This document shows positions 29,579 through 38,205 of a stretch of DNA of 64,000 nucleotides, in pieces; the first letter of the stretch is position 1, and each line of letters opens with the position of its first letter. Origin of the DNA: Bacteriovoracaceae bacterium. Lineage in GTDB: Bacteria; Bdellovibrionota; Bacteriovoracia; Bacteriovoracales; Bacteriovoracaceae. Position numbers and translations under genes: made by a program. The notes below the pieces were generated by a model. It was not told the DNA's origin. It saw only the letters and a program-made list of their open reading frames with translations, and ran no database searches. Location of the stretch: assembly GCA_025210745.1 (NCBI GenBank), contig JAOARC010000037.1, forward strand, positions 447,440-511,439, given 5' to 3'.

Positions 29579-29971
29579 TTACTTTGTATTATTGAGATTA
29601 TAACCTTTAAAGCTTTCTTTATTCTTATGCATTTTTGCAATTTCAATTTTAGCATTTAACTTTTCTTTACTAAGATAATTTAGAATATCGTTATCAAACC
29701 TTTTGATCTTATTAAGAAAATTATAAATTTCATCTTTTAAATTATCTGTACAAATATTTTTGTCTTCAAATGACAGTTGGAGCGATTTGAAAATATTTAT
29801 TAGTTGGGATCTTTTTTCAAGCTCAATAAGTAGATCTGTTAATTTTTCCTCATAAATAAACTGCTTGCATATAGCCGTACTTTCTACGATCTTTTCAATG
29901 ACTTGATAGTAAAGTTCAAATATTTTTTCTTTGTTATTTATTTGGTTGCGCTTTAAGACTTTTGATTGCAT
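29579..29971 (-). CDS. small helical protein in the fliT position (possible flagellar chaperone)
   Basis: 130 aa, follows fliS with a 38-nt overlap. Call is by position and predicted helical character only. Confidence 0.35.
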   Translation of the reverse strand: MQSKVLKRNQINNKEKIFELYYQVIEKIVESTAICKQFIYEEKLTDLLIELEKRSQLINIFKSLQLSFEDKNICTDNLKDEIYNFLNKIKRFDNDILNYLSKEKLNAKIEIAKMHKNKESFKGYNLNNTK

Positions 29972-30320
29972 CCGTCCATCCTTGATATAGTGTATTTAAA
30001 ACTCCTAGACATCCTTCTAGAGGCTCTTTTTCAATTTTAATATTTGCCTGTGTGCTTGCATGTAAAATATAGTCGTATAAAGAAGAAAGTTCTTTGGCTA
30101 CTTCTCCACCAACTTCATAGTCTAGGCTATTATGTAATTCAATGATGATATCTTGAAATTTACCAACATATTCACCTTTTTTGGCTATATCATTGTTTTC
30201 AATTGCTTCAATTGCTTTTTTACAATTCTTAATAGCAGCTTGATAAAGCATGATAAGAATTTGTTCTTTACTCGCTGTTTGTACAGATGTTTTTTTGTAG
30301 GCACCTAATCCGTAACTCAT
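29934..30320 (-). CDS. fliS: flagellin-specific chaperone FliS
   Basis: AYKKTSVQTASKEQILIMLYQAAIK...LSSLYDYI, typical FliS four-helix pattern. 128 aa, directly after fliD. Confidence 0.85.
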   Translation of the reverse strand: MSYGLGAYKKTSVQTASKEQILIMLYQAAIKNCKKAIEAIENNDIAKKGEYVGKFQDIIIELHNSLDYEVGGEVAKELSSLYDYILHASTQANIKIEKEPLEGCLGVLNTLYQGWTDAIKSLKAQPNK

Positions 30321-30336
30321 TTATAACTCCTTTTTA

Positions 30337-31713
30337 CTATAGTGCAGGGCCAGCTGGAACGCCTCCTAGCCCTGCTCCTTGTCCTTTTATTCTTGTTATT
30401 GTTTCTTCAAGTCTTGCAAACTTTTGCTTTAGCATTTCTTCTTTTCGATCAATTTGTCTTTGTTTACTTTCGATTCTTCTATCTATTTGATCAATTTGGC
30501 TTTTTAAACCTCTATCTCTTGATTTGAGAATACCGCCATTAGAACTAAGAGCGGCATTGATAACATCTTCCATGTTATCCATAAACCCTTTAAGTTTTCC
30601 ATCCTCTTTGGTATATTTTCCTGCTATAATTTGAGCAACGACTTCATAGTTTTTCTTTAGGGCGCTTTCAAACTTTTCACTATCAAGCTTTAACAAACCA
30701 CTTCTTTGAAAAGTTAATCCAAGATCTCCGATCCTTTTATTTCCAAAGTCTGTTTTGATATTTTTAAATATTGCACCTCTTATTCTACTTTCTAATGTTT
30801 GTAGAGTAAGATCCCCACCAAGTGTTTGTGATGTATCGACCGTTTCATCTAGCGTATTTTGTTCTTTAATAAACTTTAGAACCTCATTAACATTTTTTAC
30901 GAGGTCATCAATTTTTCCAGCAATTTTTCCATTATCTTCAGCAACTTCTATAGCTATTTCTTCACCGGGCTTTGCCTTTTTAAAATCCAAAGAAACACCT
31001 GGAATAAGATCAGTTGTTTCATTTTTGGGAAGTTCAATTTCAAATCCATCTAATTTAATTTTAGCATCTTGAGCATCTCTATGTCCTTCAAACCATATAT
31101 CTTCCATACCATCAACGAGATAAAGATCTGGAAACTTTGCTTTTTTATCATCACCTGTTTCAGAAAGAGTAATAAGAAGTTTCCAGGGTGTATCTGAGCC
31201 ATCACCTGAATTAACAACAGTAGCATTCATTCCATTAGAAGAATCTTTATTAATTAATTTTGCAATACCAGATAGAGACGAGTTTTCTGAATCAATATAA
31301 ACTTCTTTAGTTTCTCCATTTGGTAATTCATATTGTAAATACCCAACACCAAGATATGTTTCATCTTTATCCTCAACACCATTTGATATTGCAGATGATT
31401 TTTGTGCCAATTGAACAACTTCCACTTGGTAATTTCCAGGGTTTGCTAAATTTTTATCGACAGAAGCACCTATTGTTCCAGTGTCACTAACGTTTATTTT
31501 AAGTTCTCTAAAGCTTCGAGAAGATTTATTAGCAAAGATATTTCCTCTAATGGCTTCAACTTTTTGAGTTAAATCGGATAGGAGCTTTTTTTTATTTCCA
31601 ATTTTTGCTTTTCTAGTTTCCATTTGTTGCAATGGGATCTTTTCAGCAGCAATAATCTGCTCGACAATATTTTTAGGTAAGCCTGAATTTATTGGTCCAA
31701 ACGCAATTGCCAA
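30337..31713 (-). CDS. fliD: flagellar filament cap protein FliD
   Basis: N-terminal (M)AIAFGPINSGLPKNIVEQIIAAEKIPL and C-terminal coiled coil. AGGAGG lies 3-4 nt before TTG 31713; the track GTG 31749 lacks an SD. Confidence 0.85.
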   Translation of the reverse strand: MAIAFGPINSGLPKNIVEQIIAAEKIPLQQMETRKAKIGNKKKLLSDLTQKVEAIRGNIFANKSSRSFRELKINVSDTGTIGASVDKNLANPGNYQVEVVQLAQKSSAISNGVEDKDETYLGVGYLQYELPNGETKEVYIDSENSSLSGIAKLINKDSSNGMNATVVNSGDGSDTPWKLLITLSETGDDKKAKFPDLYLVDGMEDIWFEGHRDAQDAKIKLDGFEIELPKNETTDLIPGVSLDFKKAKPGEEIAIEVAEDNGKIAGKIDDLVKNVNEVLKFIKEQNTLDETVDTSQTLGGDLTLQTLESRIRGAIFKNIKTDFGNKRIGDLGLTFQRSGLLKLDSEKFESALKKNYEVVAQIIAGKYTKEDGKLKGFMDNMEDVINAALSSNGGILKSRDRGLKSQIDQIDRRIESKQRQIDRKEEMLKQKFARLEETITRIKGQGAGLGGVPAGPAL

Positions 31714-31834
31714 TTGTCCTCCTGACAAGCTAAGTAGAGCATCTTGCACTACTGGGGCATTCTAATTATAGAATATCATAGGAAGAATTTGATGCAATAG
31801 GGAACAATTTGGGTTAAGATTAGGAACTAACATT

Positions 31835-31862
31835 AAAAAAAATGGCCCTTGGGGAGGGCCAT
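31835..31862 (-). terminator. orphan intrinsic terminator on the minus strand, in the divergent fliD / membrane-protein intergenic region
   Basis: Minus strand reads ATGGCCCT-CCCCA-AGGGCCAT-TTTTTTTT: perfect 8-bp stem, 5-nt loop, 8 U. No minus-strand CDS lies upstream of it. Confidence 0.55.
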
Positions 31863-31913
31863 TAATGGATTAGGATAATAGGATTTAAGAGTATTGCAAA
31901 ACTCTTACTAAAC

Positions 31914-33461
31914 TTGTCGGGTATTGTGGTGGAAACTTTAGTAAAAAGATCAGATATTATAAGAGAAAAGTATAAATTCTTTATAAATCGAATAGTTACG
32001 TACCTTATTTTTTTATTCATACCAATATATATTGAAAAGATAAGTGAATGGAATATCTTGAATCAGTCAATAATAGTTATTGTCTATATGTTTTTTATGG
32101 GCGGCCAATGGTACTTGTTAGGTAAAGAAGTAGATCATCGACTTAAAATATATTATAAGGCAAATTCTTCCATCGAAAGAGTGTTATACCGACTAATTTT
32201 AGGAAATATACTTACAATACTTTTATTTAATATCTTTTCTATTTTTACTCCTAATATATACGAGTATCTTTTTTGGGGATTCTTTTTTGTCGTAGCTTTG
32301 TTTTATTCATGGCCAACAAGAGGAAAAATAATTGAAGAGTCTATAAGTGGTCAATTTGGTGAATATAGGTTTTTGGATTCTTTTGAAAGAACAGTTTTAC
32401 TTTTAAGTACTGCAATGGTTCTTTTTTCTATTCCTGAAATTCCTCTTTTTGAAAATAGTGAGGGGCTAAAGTTATACCTAGATTCGGAAGAAAAAATTCA
32501 TTTTTATTTATGGAACTTTTTAAGTGTTAATTATGTTCCATTTGCATCTTATCCAAAACTTTTTAATCTAGCGTGGAACTTTCATTTTTATATATGGGGA
32601 GTAGGTTTTTTCCTTACAGCTTTTTATGCTTTATTAAGATACTTTTTTTCTCGTCGACTTTCTATAATGGGAGTTTTTGCTATTGTATCAACTTGGACTT
32701 TTTCATTATTATTAAATGAAAATATTCTCTATGCTATAAATAGTAGCTATGTTGTTATCTGGATTTGGAGTACAATTTGGTCTATAAAAAGTTCTACTTA
32801 TAGAACAGGGCTTTTTACCGGTTTAGTTCTAGCTTATGGGGTTATGATAAATTATAATTATATATGGCTAATGCCATTAACTCTTATTTTTTCTTATTTT
32901 TATTTACTAAAAGACAAAACAAATTGGTATAAAAAGCAATGGGTGAAATACAACTCGTTTGGAATTATTTTGTCTGTACTTTTGTATATTGTTCACAACT
33001 CTTATTCCGTAATTTTATTTGATATTAGAATAGAAGGTCTTTTAAAAACATTTGAGCAATATATTGAAAGAAAAGCTTTCTTTAGTTTATTTACTGTTGG
33101 TGTATTAATGAGCTGTGCTTTATTTTTTAAACCACTTAATAAAAAGTTAAGCTCAATTAACTTTGATTTGAGAAGTTATAAGAATATACTCTCATTATTT
33201 TTTATTAACCTTCTAGTTGGGCTTATAGTAGAACCAAGTTTATATTTTGGTTTTAATAGTATTTGGTTTATAGCATTTTTATGTCTTATACCTCTAGAGT
33301 GGATTTTTCAGTCTATTTCGAGGCAACGCTCGAAAAGAAATATCATTTTTGTAATTTATATATTGGTTTGCTTATTAGATTCTCATTTTGAAGAAAGAGT
33401 AAAGTTAGCAGCTAAAATGTTTTTCAAAGAATCAATAACAAAGTATATCGATCAGATGTAA
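31914..33461 (+). CDS. polytopic integral membrane protein of unknown function (>=12 predicted TM segments)
   Basis: Long aromatic-rich hydrophobic segments throughout. TTG start uncertain. No catalytic motif recognised. Confidence 0.55.
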   Translation: MSGIVVETLVKRSDIIREKYKFFINRIVTYLIFLFIPIYIEKISEWNILNQSIIVIVYMFFMGGQWYLLGKEVDHRLKIYYKANSSIERVLYRLILGNILTILLFNIFSIFTPNIYEYLFWGFFFVVALFYSWPTRGKIIEESISGQFGEYRFLDSFERTVLLLSTAMVLFSIPEIPLFENSEGLKLYLDSEEKIHFYLWNFLSVNYVPFASYPKLFNLAWNFHFYIWGVGFFLTAFYALLRYFFSRRLSIMGVFAIVSTWTFSLLLNENILYAINSSYVVIWIWSTIWSIKSSTYRTGLFTGLVLAYGVMINYNYIWLMPLTLIFSYFYLLKDKTNWYKKQWVKYNSFGIILSVLLYIVHNSYSVILFDIRIEGLLKTFEQYIERKAFFSLFTVGVLMSCALFFKPLNKKLSSINFDLRSYKNILSLFFINLLVGLIVEPSLYFGFNSIWFIAFLCLIPLEWIFQSISRQRSKRNIIFVIYILVCLLDSHFEERVKLAAKMFFKESITKYIDQM

Positions 33462-33465
33462 GCAC

Positions 33466-33777
33466 TTGAAATTAAAGAAAAAAAGTATAAACTTCTTGTT
33501 CTGCCCTATTAATAAAGATACAATTAAAAAAGATATTCTAAAGCATAATGGCAGGGAGGTCATCTTGTTAAAGTTTAAAGTATCTTCATCAATCTTCTCT
33601 AGTTTTAAGTCAGCTTACCAATCTTATCATCACAATCAAAACCCATTTGTCTATGTTGATCAGGAAGGCAATATTAAGTTGCTTACTGATGTTGTATCTG
33701 ATGATGGAAAGGATGATGGTATTTTTGCTGTAGGTGTTGCTGAAGACGGCTGGATGGAGTTTTTAGCTTTAGATTAG
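33466..33777 (+). CDS. hypothetical small protein (start uncertain; alternative TTG 33565 preceded by GGGAGG)
   Basis: ORF only, acidic C-terminus DDGKDDGIFAVGVAEDGWMEF. No family recognised. Confidence 0.35.
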   Translation: MKLKKKSINFLFCPINKDTIKKDILKHNGREVILLKFKVSSSIFSSFKSAYQSYHHNQNPFVYVDQEGNIKLLTDVVSDDGKDDGIFAVGVAEDGWMEFLALD

Positions 33778-33957
33778 CTTTTTGTGGGGATAACTTTGCG
33801 TCATAGTTATTTTTTTTCTATGCGTCGTTTAGTGTGGTTAGTTTCTGTAAGAATTTAAAACCTGTAACTATTTGTTTTTTATGGTTTTTTCAATTTTTTG
33901 ACTATTTTTCTCTTGCATTTGTTAAGTTAATAAAAAATGTTGATAACTATATAAATA

Positions 33958-34677
33958 ATGTGGATAGAACTAGTGAATAAAGAGATTTTACCTAAAGATA
34001 TAGCTGATTCCTTAGAAAAACTTAAAATTCTTGTACAAGAAAAGTTAAACTTAATTAAAAGTAGTAAAGATATCAACATCACTTATAAGTTAGATAAGAC
34101 TATCGTTACAGATGTTGACGTATACATTTCAAAAATATTTAAAGAAGAGTTCTTGGGTAAGTATCCATTTTTAAACTTTTACTCTGAAGAAGATCAAGAA
34201 AGTTTTAAATACCCAATGATCATCATAGATCCAATAGATGGAACAAAAGAATTTTCGCAATTAAAAGATGAATGTTCCATTTCATTTGGAATTTACTATT
34301 CTCCAAATCTAGACGATATTAGAAACTTTTCTTGGATATATAATCCGTTTAATAATTTTGAGATCTCAAGTATAAAGATAGTTAAGGAGTCTTCACATCA
34401 GTACTTAGATAAAGGCCTTGTGTCTAATACTGAGTTTGAGATGGGCTTGTTTAAAAAGGATGTTAATATTGTTCCCATAGGTAGTATTGCTTATAAGCTA
34501 GGTCTATTAGCAGCAGGTCATTGTTTGTTTGTTGAGACTAGAAGAGCAAAAAATATCTGGGATATTATGGCCGGTTCACATATTTCTTATCTTAGAGGCA
34601 AAAAACTATTACAAAACGGTATAGAGCTCACAAAGCTTGATAAGATGTTTTTTGAGCCAGCAATGAGATGGGAATAA
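33958..34677 (+). CDS. inositol monophosphatase / CysQ-family phosphatase
   Basis: SEED, IIDPIDGTKEF and WDIMAG motifs. Confidence 0.7.
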   Translation: MWIELVNKEILPKDIADSLEKLKILVQEKLNLIKSSKDINITYKLDKTIVTDVDVYISKIFKEEFLGKYPFLNFYSEEDQESFKYPMIIIDPIDGTKEFSQLKDECSISFGIYYSPNLDDIRNFSWIYNPFNNFEISSIKIVKESSHQYLDKGLVSNTEFEMGLFKKDVNIVPIGSIAYKLGLLAAGHCLFVETRRAKNIWDIMAGSHISYLRGKKLLQNGIELTKLDKMFFEPAMRWE

Positions 34678-34771
34678 TTCAAAAATGAAATAAATATAAA
34701 TTTAAGGTTTAAAAAGTACAAATATTAAACCACTAAGTTTAAAAACACTTCTACCAAATTAAGGAGTGTAT

Positions 34772-35680
34772 ATGCTTAAAAGACATCAATTAAATCAAAT
34801 AAACTCATCTCTTTTACTTTTAGGAAAGCCTGGTGCTGGAAAAAGTTATCTTGCAAAAATTGTTCATGAAGAATCTAGTCGAAAAGATCATCCTTTTGTT
34901 CATGTAAATATTTGTGCCTTAAATAAAGAAACCTTTGAAAGTGAATTGTTTGGTCATGTTAAGGGAAGTTTTACTGGAGCTATTAATGATAATGAAGGTT
35001 ATTTAGGACGAGTAAATAAAGGAACACTATTTTTAGACGAAATTGGCGATTTAAGTTTAGAGCTTCAGTCAAAAGTATTAATGTTGCTTGAAGAAAAGAT
35101 ATATTACAGAGTTGGTAGTTCAAGACCTATTAAGTTTGAAGGATCAATTATCTTAGCAACAAATAAAAACTTAGAGCAGATGGTAAAAGAAAATCAATTT
35201 AGAGATGATCTTCATAGTAGAATTTCTTTTTTTAATTATAAAGTTCCAACATTTAGTTCTAATAAAAATAAAAAACAAATAATTAATAGAATAATTTGTG
35301 ACTTAAAGAATAAAAGTTCTTCTGACTTTTTCTTCGAAAAAGAAGCATTAGAATTCATTTATAATTTAGAGCTGGGTGGAAATATAAGAGAGTTAAAAAA
35401 TATATTAGAGTATCTTGTATTATTTAATAAGCATATAAGGATATGTGATGTAAAAGCTATCTTAGAGGCCAAAGATAAATCATTGATAGACTATGATGAC
35501 TATTACGAGCATTTAGGTGTATTTGAAAAAGAATTTTTAATGAAAAAGTTGCAAAAGTACGATTATGGGATAAATCTCACTGCAAAAAAAACTAATATTA
35601 GTAAGGTAACTTTAATTTCAAAGATAAAAAAGTATGGTATTAATATAAAGGAGTTAAAAGAAAATAGATTAGTGAGTTAA
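34772..35680 (+). CDS. sigma-54-dependent transcriptional activator, AAA+ plus HTH only (no sensory or receiver domain)
   Basis: Walker A GKPGAGKS, GAFTGA-loop variant GSFTGA, Walker B LFLDEIGDL, C-terminal HTH NISKVTLISKIKKYGI. AAGGAG precedes ATG 34772. Confidence 0.8.
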   Translation: MLKRHQLNQINSSLLLLGKPGAGKSYLAKIVHEESSRKDHPFVHVNICALNKETFESELFGHVKGSFTGAINDNEGYLGRVNKGTLFLDEIGDLSLELQSKVLMLLEEKIYYRVGSSRPIKFEGSIILATNKNLEQMVKENQFRDDLHSRISFFNYKVPTFSSNKNKKQIINRIICDLKNKSSSDFFFEKEALEFIYNLELGGNIRELKNILEYLVLFNKHIRICDVKAILEAKDKSLIDYDDYYEHLGVFEKEFLMKKLQKYDYGINLTAKKTNISKVTLISKIKKYGINIKELKENRLVS

Positions 35681-35681
35681 A

Positions 35682-36275
35682 ATGGGCTTTAAAGTCAGAG
35701 ATCATTATTTTGAAAAAGCAAAAAAAGATAATTACTTCGCTAGAAGTGCTTATAAACTTGAGGAAATTAATAAGAAATACAAAATTCTTAATAAGGGAAT
35801 GAATGTATTAGATCTAGGGTATTATCCTGGAAGCTGGACACAGTATACTGCTAAAGTTATTGGACAAGAAGGCCTAATTGTTGGGATCGATATACAGGAA
35901 GTTAATAAGAAACTAGAAGTTATTCCAAATGTACGAGTGTATCAAAAAGATATTAATGATGTTCAAGATTTAAGTGATCTTGGTGTTGATGATAAATTTG
36001 ATGCTGTTATTTCTGATATGGCACCGAGTACTACTGGGATTAAATCTGTAGACCAAGCAAGAAGTTTACAGTTGGTTGAAATGGTTTTTTATCATTTACC
36101 AAACTTTTTAAGAAAAAATGGTAACTTTACCATTAAAGTTTTTGATAGCAATGATGCTCAGCAATTCTTAAGAGAACAAAAAAAGAGATTTAAAGAGTTT
36201 CATTTTTTAAAGCCAAAGTCGACAAGAAGTGTAAGTAAAGAGTTTTTTGCAATTGGAAAAGGATTTAAAGAATGA
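35682..36275 (+). CDS. rlmE: 23S rRNA (uridine2552-2'-O)-methyltransferase RlmE/FtsJ
   Basis: RSAYKLEEI, DLGYYPGSWTQY, VISDMAP, KVF. Confidence 0.85.
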   Translation: MGFKVRDHYFEKAKKDNYFARSAYKLEEINKKYKILNKGMNVLDLGYYPGSWTQYTAKVIGQEGLIVGIDIQEVNKKLEVIPNVRVYQKDINDVQDLSDLGVDDKFDAVISDMAPSTTGIKSVDQARSLQLVEMVFYHLPNFLRKNGNFTIKVFDSNDAQQFLREQKKRFKEFHFLKPKSTRSVSKEFFAIGKGFKE

Positions 36276-37459
36276 TGTATTTTTTTAGTCTTTTTATTAC
36301 AACATATGCCTTGGCTGGTTTTAACTTTAGTAAAGATCTAAGTTTTTCTCCTATTAATAAAACTAAAGTTTCAAAAAAAATATCAAAAAATATATTTAAA
36401 GATAATAAGCTTCCAAGTGAAGTTGTAATTGATAAAAATAAGTTTGCTATTGAATATTCTATTGATAAAAAACTAAATAAAAAAATAAATAAAATTCTTC
36501 GTAAGTATCGTTCGGATCATTGTGCTGTTGCTGTTATTGATAATAACTCAGGAGAGGTAATATCAATAAATGGCTATCAAAGAAAGACTAAGAGATATAT
36601 TCCATCTTTGGCCATGTCTGCAACTCATCCTGCTGCAAGTATATTTAAGATCGTTACTGCTGCAGATTTAATTGAAAATACAGATGTCGATGCGAAAACT
36701 AAATATGTATATTCTGGTAAAGGAGTAACTTTATATAAGTCGCAGCTAAAAAATAAAAAGAACCGTTGGTCTCGAAAGATTACATTAAAAGATGCTTTTG
36801 GTTATTCAAATAATGTTGTTTTTGCAAAGGCAGCAATAAAAGATTCTAATTTTACAAAGCTACAAAATACAGCCAAGAAATTTGGTTTTAATACCAACAT
36901 ATGTGCGTTTGTTGATACACCAAAATCATTAGTTAAATCAGACTTTAAGGATAAGTTTTCAATTGCAGAGTTAGCATCAGGTTTTAATAGAGAAACATCT
37001 TTATCTGCAATTCATGGTGCGGCTATAGCGTCAGTTGTTGCAAATGATGGAAAGTTAAAAAGACCAAAACTAGTAAAAAGCATTTATAATAAAACATTAA
37101 AAAGATCTTATTCTTTAGAGAAAGATAAGAGTATTAGTGTTGTTAAAAAACAGACAGCAAAAGAGTTAAGAAAATTATTTATTCAAACAGTTAAAAGAGG
37201 TACAGCAAAGTCTGTTTTTGTACCGTGGAAAAATAGAACCTTAAAAAACATTGAAATTGGTGGTAAAACGGGAAGTATTTCTGGTGGTATTCCTTACGGA
37301 AAAAGAGATTGGTTTGTTTCCTATGCAAAACCAAAAAATAGCAATGATAAAGGGATTTCAGTTGCTGTAATGATAGTAAATGAGAAGAAGTGGTATGTAA
37401 GAGCTCCAAAGGTTGCTAACGAGATTATGAAGTACTATTTTAAAAGGAAAAGAATATGA
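36272..37459 (+). CDS. penicillin-binding protein (transpeptidase domain, short class-B-like)
   Basis: SxxK ASIFK, SxN YSNN, KTG GKTGS. N-terminal anchor. Confidence 0.7.
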   Translation: MMYFFSLFITTYALAGFNFSKDLSFSPINKTKVSKKISKNIFKDNKLPSEVVIDKNKFAIEYSIDKKLNKKINKILRKYRSDHCAVAVIDNNSGEVISINGYQRKTKRYIPSLAMSATHPAASIFKIVTAADLIENTDVDAKTKYVYSGKGVTLYKSQLKNKKNRWSRKITLKDAFGYSNNVVFAKAAIKDSNFTKLQNTAKKFGFNTNICAFVDTPKSLVKSDFKDKFSIAELASGFNRETSLSAIHGAAIASVVANDGKLKRPKLVKSIYNKTLKRSYSLEKDKSISVVKKQTAKELRKLFIQTVKRGTAKSVFVPWKNRTLKNIEIGGKTGSISGGIPYGKRDWFVSYAKPKNSNDKGISVAVMIVNEKKWYVRAPKVANEIMKYYFKRKRI

Positions 37460-38205
37460 GTGATGATATTAGTTTAGATAAAAAGCCTAAGAAGAACTGG
37501 TTTAAAGAAGGAAAGTCTATATTCTTAATAATAACGGCTGTCTTAGCTTTTAGATCGATGTTATTTGAACCATTTAAAATCCCAACAGGCTCAATGATTC
37601 CAACTTTATCAATTGGTGACTTCATTCTAGTAAATAAGTTTTCATACGGATTCAAAGTTCCTTTTTCGGATTGGTTTTCTGACCCTATATATATAACAAA
37701 CCCAACAGCTCCACAAAGAGGAGATGTTATTGTTTTTAAGTATCCAAATGATGAAAGCTTAAACTATATCAAAAGAGTTGTTGGTGTACCAGGTGATACA
37801 TTAATGATGGTTGATAAGGTTCTATACATTAACAATAAAAAAGTTGAAGTAAGTAAAGTTGATGGAAAACCTTATTTAGATTCAATGGTTGATATGTATA
37901 AGAACAGAAAATTTGACTTCTTAAAAACTCAAACTGGTGAAGCATCCCATATAACTCAGCATGAAGTTGGAAACGATTATGCTGCTAACTTTGGGCCAAT
38001 CACAGTTCCCGAAAATAAGTTTTTTGTGATGGGAGATAACAGAGATAACTCTGCAGACTCTAGGTTTTGGGGATTTGTACCTTTTAATAACGTTAAAGGC
38101 AAAGCTATCTTAGTATGGTTTTCTTTAAATGTGCCTCTACCAAGTTCTCCTCCTGGCGATAATTGGAAGCTAAGACTTTGGAAAATAGGAACATTAATTG
38201 ATTAA
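37456..38205 (+). CDS. lepB: signal peptidase I
   Basis: PTGSMIPTL, GDVIVFKYP, YIKRVVGVPGD, GDNRDNSADSR. Confidence 0.9.
   Translation: MSDDISLDKKPKKNWFKEGKSIFLIITAVLAFRSMLFEPFKIPTGSMIPTLSIGDFILVNKFSYGFKVPFSDWFSDPIYITNPTAPQRGDVIVFKYPNDESLNYIKRVVGVPGDTLMMVDKVLYINNKKVEVSKVDGKPYLDSMVDMYKNRKFDFLKTQTGEASHITQHEVGNDYAANFGPITVPENKFFVMGDNRDNSADSRFWGFVPFNNVKGKAILVWFSLNVPLPSSPPGDNWKLRLWKIGTLID

Noticed and set aside
33778-33957. 180-nt non-coding gap upstream of the IMPase-family gene, considered as a possible ncRNA or riboswitch.
   Set aside because: It contains only short imperfect inverted repeats (CATAG/CTATG), T-runs and promoter-like TTGACT. There is no stable conserved-looking structure or terminator. 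Most simply a promoter region.
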